Below, in pieces: positions 1-10,146 of a stretch of DNA of 64,000 nucleotides (within the stretch, counting starts at the first letter, position 1; each line of letters begins with the position of its first letter). The position numbers were made by a program, and so were the translations under genes. Below the pieces are notes generated by a model, which saw nothing but the letters and a program-made list of their open reading frames with translations, was not told the origin of the DNA and did no database searches. This DNA comes from Lingula anatina (lineage: Eukaryota > Animalia > Brachiopoda): assembly GCA_051362555.1 (NCBI GenBank), contig CM120647.1:2976001-3040000 (forward strand), given 5' to 3'.

Positions 1-1573
1 AGGATGTTTGAATAGTTCCATTGTTAGAACTAACCGTTAAAACCAATGCATGATCGATATGTTAAAGTTTGATCGTCACTGACCAGGTCTATTTTGTAAC
101 GCTGTCGAGTTTAGCACTGTGAGGCTCTCAACTGACCCAAGTCACGATACACGCAGCAATATGATAACCCAACGTGCAATTGTCGTTGATAGATTTCCCC
201 GTTAATATAGTTTGTGTAGCCTACTAAATTATATACTTCTAGTAACAGTGCTTTCATCTCAGTCTCCTCTCTGTGTCCTGGCCGCGAACGTTCAAAATTC
301 TTAGATCATATTGGCATAGGCTAGATTTTTTACATAATTCAGGAAGTAGGCTTTGTTATCAACTTGCTGACTAAATAAACAGTCGCAACAGTTGCACTTA
401 TGTCGGTGGTCCACGTATAGCGGTTACTACTATATACACCACCACTGTCGGCGTTCATATGATATATGTACACAACATGGCCTCAGGATTTCACCTCATC
501 GGACGCTGTTATTGATCTTTGTCCGCAGACGACGTAAACTAATGAGCGCCGATTGATCTCGTCTGCTGCACGTTATTGATATTTGATTGCCTTGTTATAG
601 CTCTCCAGACTCCGCCCATAGTTTAGAAATGACCTAGAACATTGAGGGCTACATTCTGTCTTCCTTTTCTTATCTAACCAAATTAAATCAAGACAATATC
701 TATATAATTGAGAGGTAGAATGGGGTTTAATAATTCTGCCAAACTGCTGGTTGTGTGGGACATTGTTTCATTTTATACTCTTAACAAAATAAGCCTGTTC
801 CATCCCTAGCCATCGCATTAACGAGTTACGTAGAGAGGACAGTGCTGTTGCTATCACAACATGTACACTAGTCCTTGGAGAGTGTCAACTACCAGAATAT
901 GGCACTCAGATTCTTCATCATTCTTCATCATCTCACACCCAGCTACACATGTGTGGATCATCCTGTCCAGTTGAATATTTTAAAGGTGATTTTATACCAA
1001 GGAGAGGTGAAATGCAGTGTCCACACAGAGCCTTCTTACTGCAGTTGTAATCAAGCCCGATACATTGTATGTCGCTTGCAGACCTGCCATATCACACACT
1101 TATAACGGACATGACAGTTATATGTGCATAACTGTGTCAGCTAAAACGTAACATATATACCTCATCGAAAATGAGATATTTATCAAAATCAAGTCTGACG
1201 AAATACAATGCAAATTGCACAAAAAATACAGAAACCCATAGGAAAAAATTAACTCACCGCATCTTAACAGGTTGAAAGCATATGCCTTGCAGGAAGGCCT
1301 GCTAGTGCAACACGGAGTCTTCCCTATAGTCACCACACTTAAACCAACCCACCGTCACAGACAGAGCTGTCATGCGCCTATCGATCACCATGGCCGCCTT
1401 AGCACTAGGTTCTGAAGATCGATTTGTATGAAAAAGGAGAAGATCTCGTTTATCATGGCGCAGGTCGTAGGCATTGTAATTCTTCTCCCTGTTACATGAA
1501 ACATTTGTTATCACTAGGACAGACTCCCGTAAAATTGTACATCATCAAAACACCGGCTTTATCATGGCATCAT

Positions 1574-1760
1574 AGAGCACATTCGGAACAGCGGACTAAC
1601 AGATCCGTGGATCAAATATGGCGACACACTTAAAAGCTTGCCGCTTAATTCCCGATTAGACACTGAATACATTCCCCGCGGGGATTACACAACAAGCATT
1701 GAAGTAGGTCGGCCATATTTGATCCGCGGATCTGTTAGTCCACTGTTCTGAATGCGCTCT
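1574..1760. mobile_element. Foldback MITE (~187 bp), non-autonomous DNA transposon
   Basis: Left arm AGAGCACATTCGGAACAGCGGACTAACAGATCCGTGGATCAAATATGGCGAC matches the reverse complement of the right arm (AGAGCGCATTCAGAACAGTGGACTAACAGATCCGCGGATCAAATATGGCCGAC). Weaker pairing continues inward to ~80 bp arms. Flanked by AT on both sides (or TA if the ends are drawn one base further in). Confidence 0.85.
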
Positions 1761-2160
1761 ATATATATTAGAAATCATGGTTTGTTCCCCAACTTGAATT
1801 TCCGTTAAAGTAAATGGAATTTCCTTCATTGCGACCTATACAGACTAGAACATTAAGAGAACAATGTCTGAGCCGCCCGCGGTCCTTCAGAAGCAAGCAA
1901 CTGGACTGCTTGAAATGTTGCACGAGAAAATTTGATGTGATGTCGTTGCATTCCCAGTGTTTTATGTTCAGACAACACTATAGCAGATGTCTTCATTGGA
2001 TAATTTCGTCAAGGAGAGCAAAGGAAGGTGTGCGTTTGCCGGTATAGAGGACCTCTTGCTGGCTTTCTACTTGGGCCAACTTAAATTCAGCCACACCCCC
2101 TCGTCCTTGTCACTGTGTAGCTCTGAATGTCGTAACTCATTTAAATAAGCTTAGTTGGAG

Positions 2161-2302
2161 CGAGTCTTCTTGTAGTATACGTGGAAGAGAATTTTAGGGG
2201 GGGGGCTCACTGATTAGTTGAGATAAATTGGGAATAACCTCAAAAATTAGATGAAAAAATAAGGAAAAAATAAACCTCTCGAAGTATACTACCAAAGACA
2301 CG
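2161..2302. repeat. Degenerate ~28-bp inverted repeat pair, possibly an old MITE
   Basis: CGAGTCTTCTTGTAGTATACGTGGAAGAG (from 2161) versus reverse complement of 2276-2302, CGTGTCTTTGGTAGTATACTTCGAGAG. No clear target site duplication. Confidence 0.35.
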
Positions 2303-4081
2303 AATCTCGGGCCCTTTTCTACACCGTATAACACTCATAAGGAGTCATGGAAACGTTTGCTGTCTGAAAAGTGATTATAAAGCCTGGTAAAGCTCACTAA
2401 ATGTATCTGCCAGTTCAAGTGTTTTTCCAGTCGACATATCATATTTTACATATACACCATAAGTGATAGCCAGGATAGTTTATTTTAACGACAAATTAAA
2501 AAATCAAGCATCGTTTTGTTCATGTTCTTATGATCATCTGATTCGAGATGATAGGACTTGAATTTCCCTGGAAACAAATGGCCAAATATGAAGACGACTT
2601 ATCATATTTATATGTCACAAGAGAAAGAGGGCGCACATATGGGATATACAGATACACATACCGGTATAGGATACACTGGACACGTCTGATATGAGTCGAG
2701 GGCTATAAATTAAAGTAAGATATTTTGGTTAATTTTCTATCTCTTGTTTTTATCAGGTGTAAAAAAGCAGTCAACACTTCATTTTGAGTATTGCACGCTT
2801 TTCTCTTTTTATATCCCTCTATTTACTTTTAGTGTTAACTGGTGACTTTTTCAAAAAGTTTCCGTTCCCCTAAATCATTAATATGTATTATTCGATCTCC
2901 TACGGATCATTTACTTTGACGCCAAGCTTCTGCATCACATAAGGGGTGTTCAGAACTGAACTTCTTATCAGTCACTGGAGACCGAAAGTCATAAGAAAAG
3001 TCATACATATAAGTCAGTTGAAGACCATCATAAAACTGTTGTCTGTCAGTCAAATCATTTTTGCAACCCACGATCCTCCAGAACCAGGGTTTGGGCGAAT
3101 TTAAAAAAAACGGGGGAAGAAATAAAACTTCATTTCATATTGGCCAATAATTTGACGGTGAAGTGATGGTTTGCACTGACTCTGGCTTTGGCCTCTCCTG
3201 TATCATCAATCTTTTGGCCGAGGTGCCCCTCCCCTCCCCTCCCCCTTCCCTCCAGTCACACTGCATACACTCACGTACCCCAGTACTTCACGTGATAGTT
3301 CAATAGAATGCATCAGTAGCGGATTATCACAAATTAATCTACTGAATGAATGTAACTACGATATAACAAGAAAACTCACCTGGCCCATTTTACTCGCGTT
3401 TAGTTCTTGTCCTGTGAATTATGGTTCATGTCCCAAATTCTCTTTTCTAGTAACTTAATTTGTACATTAAAATACAGCGGGGTTACAATCAAGTTACTCT
3501 GATCACGAGGCTGCTATACGTGTATATATTGCTGCTGTGCATGTATTGGTTAAGTCACCCAAATCACCAAACTGTGTATACAGGGGATAGGTCCCAGTGT
3601 AAAAGTGGCAGCTATTATCTATAAATTAGCTTAGGCGTAGAGGGATGATCTTTAATGGAAATGTGTCTAACAAATACGAGAATTACCTCTCTTCTTCCGA
3701 TATCATAGATACACAATATTATTATCTGGGCTAAATGTCTATTCTCATCATATATTTATAAGGGGCCTACAGCATTATGTTACTCAGGCCACTCCTTAAA
3801 GTGTCGTTATTCACCTTCCTATACCCCTACAATCCTTCATTAACGAGTCTGACATCCTGAAGAGAGCGTATTTCACCGTTGTCAGTTACCTCAACAGAAG
3901 GACACAAATGTGTAATTACACGTCACACTGTGCCATGCACCATAATATCAAATATTACAGAAAGGTTCAAAGGCGGTTTATTTCTGTCCGTTTCAACACA
4001 CATTTGACCTGCTAACGGTAGTAAGCATCAAGAGACATAATCTTTGCTGAAGTTCCCCCGTTATTTACAGTTGTCACTTTT

Positions 4082-4145
4082 GACAACTTGCTTGTGTACA
4101 TAAGGGTTATCTTGGTTACAGTACAGGGAGGGTAGGATACGGCAC
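4082..4145 (+). repeat. Dispersed ~65-bp direct repeat, copy 1 (copy 2 at 5551-5615)
   Basis: GACAACTTGCTTGTGTACATAAGGGTTATCTTGGTTACAGTACAGGGAGGGTAGGATACGGCAC aligns end to end with 5551-5615. Confidence 0.85.
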
Positions 4146-5293
4146 CGTGTCTTGCGCGTGGGTAGTAGCCTATTCCTTGCAAGTAGGACCTAATACTACT
4201 TTTGAGAGATTCATGAATAACTTGATATTACAATTTCATAAAGGAATATACTATGCGTATCAGTAGATGAGGAACAAAAGCACCAAAAAGACGTGCTTTA
4301 AAAAACCTTCAACAAGATATTTTAGGTAGATTGTTAAAAATCGGTTATTATGGCCTACTAAATGCATTTACAGCGGCCGACGGCTTGTCACATCAAGCAC
4401 ATTTCCATCAATTTTGTGGTAGACGTCACAACCATGTTGAGACAAGACAAACGTCAGAACATTACCGCGTACAAAAAGTTGTTTTTACATATAGACCGGG
4501 CCCCCTATGTCAAAATATCATTTCCCGAGGAAATAAAATACATCCATAGATTTAAATTCTTATATAAGATCAAATCCACACAATCCCTACCCTAGTTTCT
4601 AGATTCCAGTTTTGCCAGCTCGATCTTGACTTCATATATAACCCATATCAGCAAAACTGCCCGCTTCACAGTGACTCTGACACTCAGGGCAACAATCCCA
4701 GCAGTCGAGTTAAAACTGGCGGCGAATGAACATGGCATGGTTGATCGACTTTGTTCTGGTGTAGACACGGTGAGCTGAAAACTTGGTTTTTTTATTTCTT
4801 TTTTGACAGCTTTCAGAAGTTCATCATGTGAGATTTTTTCTCTAAGGGCCAAATCTTAAGCTAGGTTATTTTTCACCTCACCTGTGATAAAATAGACCGA
4901 AATACATGTAGTGTGTTTCACCAGCTAGTGATAATATACATATTTTAACTACTAGAGTAGTAAAAAGTTCCTTTGCATTCTCCGACTCAAATTTATACCT
5001 CTGGGGACGTGGCTTTCTTCGACGCATTTCCTCTTCGACAGATTTACACAGGGGGCGGATCCAGGATTATTTAAAGGTGGGGGGCCGCGGATGCGAAATC
5101 AGCCCCCCCTCCCCATGGCGTGGGATTCGAGGCCCGGTGAAAGACCCCGCAATTTTTGGTATTAGTATTTGGTACGGTTTAGCACTATAAATCAGCTAGT
5201 AAAAATTTTTAATCCAAGAGGGGAATATTAATGTGATTTTTTTTCGGACCCACCCCCACCCCCCCCCAAATCGGCCCTAAGATCTTTTATCTC

Positions 5294-5419
5294 TAACACC
5301 CATTTTAACCACAATTAACCAACACTACCAGAGCGGATGAATGTTAGTGCTATAGGTTATGCTTTGCTAGTGCTAAATAATTGTGTGGTGTGTTGGCTAA
5401 TTCGTTAATATGGGCGTTA
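5294..5419. repeat. Nested ~35-bp inverted repeat pair inside the hAT-like MITE
   Basis: TAACACCCATTTTAACCACAATTAACCAACACTACCA (5294-5330) versus reverse complement of 5386-5419, TAACGCCCATATTAACGAATTAGCCAACACACCA. Confidence 0.65.
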
Positions 5420-5550
5420 GTGCATGTACAAAGATATGCGGCTAGTGTCTGTAAACGCCTAATCCGTTTATAAGGCCTGGAAGTCCTAAACAAAATTTTA
5501 TTGAAACTGCTGCCATAAATGATAGAGTTGACAAGTCAACTGAAATTTAA

Positions 5551-5615
5551 GACAGCTTGCGTGTGAACATAAGGGTTATCTGAGTTACAGTACAGGGAGG
5601 GGCGGGATACGGCAC
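5551..5615 (+). repeat. Dispersed ~65-bp direct repeat, copy 2 (copy 1 at 4082-4145)
   Basis: GACAGCTTGCGTGTGAACATAAGGGTTATCTGAGTTACAGTACAGGGAGGGGCGGGATACGGCAC. Confidence 0.85.
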
Positions 5616-6953
5616 ATAGTGAACCAATATCTGTCACAACTCGCTGCACTTTATGTTGTGGTTCCTCGCTGCACATTATGTTGTGGGTGCGCGTCGTCTT
5701 TACAAACGGAAAGAGAAAATGTCAACATTCAGCTACACGTAGGTGCAGTGCAGTGTACAGTACTTCGAGGCTGGTAGTTCAGCCGCCTTGGAGAAATAAT
5801 AAAACTGGTCTAGCTGAGCCCCACATTACACATGCATATTATGTTCAGGTGAGGGAAATCTGCTTGAAATCGATCTTACAGTTTTCAGCCCAAAAAAAAG
5901 CTGGTGCCACGTCATCAGCTCGAGTAAGCAAAGCATCCGCGGCGGACCCCCCTTAAAATAATCCTGGATCCGCCCCTGGTTCTATATTGGGCAATGGACA
6001 TCAAACAATAGGCCTACCGGTAGGCCTAACGTCTTCGAAAATTGAAATAAAAAAGGGAGTGTAAAAATGATTTCTTTTCCTTTTAAATAATAAACAATTC
6101 AAATCCTTTTCAACCAAAATATTAGCAATTTATATTTGAACTAAAAATCAAAAGATCTAGGCCGAAATAGCTTGAACGTAGCGCTGAACTGGGATGCGCT
6201 TGATGTGCCCCGATTCTCCTCCGATATAGTGTGTTAGTTGTGACAGATATGTTGATTGCGTTTTCACTGCGGGTCTTTTTTTTCATCAACAGACTTGTTC
6301 TTTCAAATCGGAATACTATTTTCAAGCATTTTGCACGTTAAGGAATATATCTAGGATTATTAACGACGTATTCAATCGCCACTGGCACCTGGCCTTACGT
6401 ATGCAAAGATTCAGTGATAATTTTTTGGGATTGGAAAGCGCGGTTTTGCAAGTGAACACAATCGAAAAGGAGTGCATTTTAGTTTATTGGGTAAGTATAA
6501 AGACTTTGCTTCCCTTCTGTTGAATGCTCTAAGACCTCTGGTTTTTGATAACAAACAAATCTTATCTACATTCGTGTCTTTCATTCTCTTTCTGCAAAAT
6601 CATAGATCTAATCAGCACAAAACGGTGTTCAGTCATCCAAGTTTTCCTGAAATCAAAGTCGTCGGGTAGACATTCATTTGGGCTTGTTGTATACATGTCG
6701 ACTCTCCCGGATAATCTTGGAGTCTCCTGAATACAGAACGAATCTTTCCGTCACCCGTACAGGTAACCAAATCTCCCGGATAAAAGCGACTTTGAAATTT
6801 TGCACCACTGTCAGCTAACGTCCTGTTGATTTATTTTCAGAATAGTTGGGTGATCTTTTGAAAACTTCATAATTCTCTTCTAATTGTTTGAGATAGGGGT
6901 CAACCACCCCACCCCCAACTATGCACCTGATCACAACGGCAGCCCCCCCCCCC

Positions 6954-6978
6954 TATATATATATATATATATATATAT
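6954..6978. repeat. (TA)n microsatellite, ~12 units, directly after a poly-C run
   Basis: Read directly from the sequence. Confidence 0.95.
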
Positions 6979-8411
6979 GAGTGGAAAAGTAGTAAATCAC
7001 ATGCCTAGATAACTTAATTATATCTGGTTTTTAGAATGTGTTTCCATAGTAACAAAACTTCCATAGATACCCATCTGTTGCTGCATGATATGGCCATATG
7101 GGCCTTAAAGGCTATTTTTAAAATTTTGAATGAAATTTTAGAAATTTTGTTAAAATTTCTGGAATGTAAATTTTATAACTCTGTTTTATCTCCACATAAG
7201 GTTGTTCATAACTGCTAAAAAAAAAACTTATTAAAAAAAAAGTAAAAGTGAAAAGCTGAAAATATAGCCAAAATGTCATGAGTGTAATACTGTTTAACTA
7301 CAGTTGATTCGAACATTTTAAAAGTAACATGATTTAAAAACTGCCCATGGTATTTAATCAGTTTATTGCTTGTAGTTAAACAAGTTCTCCACTCGATCTA
7401 ACCCTCCTCCTCCATTCCCCCCCCTCCCCCCCCCCCACCAAAGAATTTTCCTGTGGTAAGGAGCAATTATCTCCTACTCACTAACTGCTGCTTGACCCAT
7501 TCTACACTAGGATTCTATGTTTGTTCCATTTTTAATTTAAAATGACTGGCCAGTAAAATAGATCTTCTACGGTCACACACATTGCCTAGTTTTCACACAA
7601 GAAAATAGGTTGTTCAGTGTTGCAGCCCTGTGCCATGTATACTTATAGACCTTGCAAGCTGGCACTGACTACATGAAGAGACTAAGAAAATAATAATGAC
7701 ACTAGGTATGCACCATGATAGGTGAATTTTGATCTTATTTTTTTATTCAATTTAACTGTTATACGATGATTCTAAAAAAATATTTGACAAAATCAGTGTC
7801 TTGATTACAAATAGTAAATGCAATAGTAAAAATGCCCAGTCTATTCAAAAATTTACTTGGACCTCAGTAATTCCAGTAGATTTTAGGAAACTGGTGGTCC
7901 AATTGGCCAGAAAGCTAAAAAGTTTATGGCAAAGATTGCACTAATTAAGGAGCCTTTTTTTCAGATTAAATGATCAATACGAAATTTACAAAAATGTAGC
8001 CTGGGCTATATCTCTTTATATTATGGTGTTTCACATATAAGATTTTCTTAAATACCTTTTTAACCATCAGTTAAATTTACCTTTGTGTCATAAAACATCT
8101 TTATCGTGCCTTCCATTGTGGCCTTAATGTCAAATATATAGTGATAGTCAATAAAAACTTTCTTGTACTTTTGTACTCTTGTACTTTTTACCGAGAATGG
8201 ATTGCAACCATATAAATGAGTACAAATGCACTTGTTTGGTCATAAGAGAGTGGGCTGATCACTCAGATGTTTAAAATTTCCGTTTCAGTGATTTTGTGAT
8301 CAGCTGTTACATGATTGGTGTGAATTAATCAGGTTCAATATATGGTGATTAATTAAGCCTATTTAAGGTAGTCACCAAATCCAGTATGACACATGACAAA
8401 AAAGTTTTGTG

Positions 8412-8486
8412 ATGCCATGTCTGACACTGGAAGAGTGACTGCATGCTCTGGGGATGCTGGAGGCTGGGCAGAACCAAAGAGCCGCC
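8412..8486 (+). pseudogene. Tc1/mariner-type transposase N-terminal (paired-like HTH) remnant
   Basis: Manual translation from ATG 8412 gives MPCLTLEE*LHALGMLEAGQNQRAA, resembling the MPRL..EER.RA.GMLEAG..QR.VA start of Tc1-like transposases. In-frame TGA at 8436-8438; similarity is lost after ~25 codons. Absent from the ORF track because of the stop. Confidence 0.7.
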
Positions 8487-8852
8487 AAATGTATCAAAAT
8501 CCTGAAATATGTCCATATAGTGACATAACTTTCTAATAGATCAGATGGGTCCACATACATATGTACATATCTCTCTGTCCAAACTATTAACTGGAGACCT
8601 ACATGTGTATAATATGGGGAGTGGGAACAAGAAAACTACTTGGCCCGCAAAGAAAACCTAAAAAACATGCAAAAAAATTTTTAAAAAGCTCTTTTCCTAT
8701 AGCATGGTGCCACTTAAAGCTACAGTTGCCACTTCATTTGTCAGTACAGTATACTTTAACTTTTTTTGACCAGGAATACCAACTACACAAGCCCCAGTCA
8801 CTTTCATCCCAGGGGTTCAGTTGCCAGGAGGTCCTGTTACTTTTATTCCCAG

Positions 8853-9360
8853 TGTACAGACACGTGACACCAGCAGCGACAGGTAAATATCAGTACCACT
8901 ATATATACAGTGGATGATGTCAGTGATATAGTAAAAAATATTTATGTACAGACACCTGTGACACCAGCACCCACAGGTAAATATCAGTACCACTATATAT
9001 ATAGTGTATGATGTCACTGATATAGTAAAAAATATTTATGTACAGACATCTGTGACACCAGCACCCACAGGCAAATATCAGTACCACTATATATACAGTG
9101 TATGATGTCACTGATATAGTAGAAAATATTTATGTACAGACACCTGTGACACCAGCGCCCACAGGTAAATATCAGTACCACTATATATACAGTGGATGAT
9201 GTCACTGATTTAGTAGAAAATATTTATGTACAGACACCTGTGACACTAGCACCCACAGGTAAATATCAGTACCACTATATGTACAGTGGATGATGTCACT
9301 GATATAGTAGAAGATATTTATGAACTGACAACTGTGACACCAGCACCCAGAGGTAAATAT
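8853..9360 (+). repeat. 94-bp tandem repeat (minisatellite), ~5.4 copies
   Basis: TGTACAGAC anchor at 8853, 8945, 9039, 9133, 9227 and 9321 (TGAACTGAC). ORFs ending at 9017/9111/9205 show the same 94-bp period. Confidence 0.97.
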
Positions 9361-9361
9361 G

Positions 9362-10136
9362 CAGTTTTCTCAAATTTTTAGTCCAAAAAAAATTTTTTTT
9401 TTCATTGGACCCAGTCAACTGATGAGCTTATCACAGATTTTTATTGTTGTTATGCATCATCTATCCAATTTTCACAAACATAGAACTAGATTTGTTAAAA
9501 TTATTAACGTTTAACTATTATAAGGCAGCGCATTTGGCAGTCTTTTCAGTGTAATATTCAGTGTTCTCAAATTTATATGCTCTGAAAAGATCTTTTCCAT
9601 GAAACACTGTCATCTGATAAGCTTATCACAGATTTTTATTGTTGTTATGCATCATCTGTCTAAATTTCACATATATTAGACTTGATATGTCAAAATTATT
9701 AACGTTTAACTATTTTTTGCCATGGAATTTGACAGTCTTTTCAATGTAATGTTCAGTTTTTTATATTATATTGTTTCGAAAAAATCTTTTTTTGGACCGA
9801 GTCAACAGATAAGCTTATCACAGATCTTTATTGTTGTTATGCATCATCTGTCTAAATTTCACATATATTAGACTTGATATGTCAAAATTATTAACGTTTA
9901 ACTATTTTTTGCCATGGAATTTGATAGTCTTTTCAATGTAATGTTCAGTTTTTTTATATTATATTGTCCGAAAAAATCTTTTTTTGGACCGAGTCAACAG
10001 ACTGAGCTTATCACAGATCTTTATTGTTGTTATGCATTATCTGTCCAAATTTCACAAATATTCGACTAGATTTGTCAAAATTATTAACGTTTAACTATTT
10101 TTAGGCACAGAATTTAGCAGTCTTTTCAATGTATGT
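9362..10136 (+). repeat. About four diverged, full-length (~193-195 bp) monomers of the main satellite family
   Basis: Contain the satellite core GCTTATCACAGATTTTTATTGTTGTTATGCATCATCT..AAATTTCAC..GTCAAAATTATTAACGTTTAACTATT with many private substitutions. Confidence 0.93.
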
Positions 10137-10146
10137 ATATTTAAAT

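Larger units (their letters stand above)
5049..5978. mobile_element. hAT-like non-autonomous DNA transposon (MITE, 930 bp)
   Basis: Left end CAGGGGGCGGATCCAGGATTATTTAAAGGTGGGGGGCCGCGGATGC; right end reverse complement CAGGGGCGGATCCAGGATTATTTTAAGGGGGGTCCGCCGCGGATGC. CAGGG termini are typical of hAT elements. 8-bp flanks GATTTACA / GTTCTATA match only 5 of 8. No transposase ORF. Confidence 0.8.

Noticed and set aside
4868-4930. Small hairpin followed by CTAG as a Helitron 3' end
   Set aside because: The stem is short and AT-rich, the spacing to CTAG is too long, and no 5' end was found.
7040-7053. RFX X-box-like GTTTCCATAGTAAC
   Set aside because: Good motif match, but no associated gene start is visible and such motifs also occur inside repeats.
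875-7218. Short ORFs in the left flank
   Set aside because: All are under 100 aa, with no recognisable motifs or consistent exon chain. Small exons cannot be excluded without RNA data.
8372-8560. Minus-strand ORF or exon with a TTTCAG acceptor
   Set aside because: No recognisable protein; the plus strand is better explained as a Tc1 transposase remnant.
8817-9205. Three similar Cys-containing minus-strand ORFs
   Set aside because: They are translations of the 94-bp minisatellite in shifting frames.
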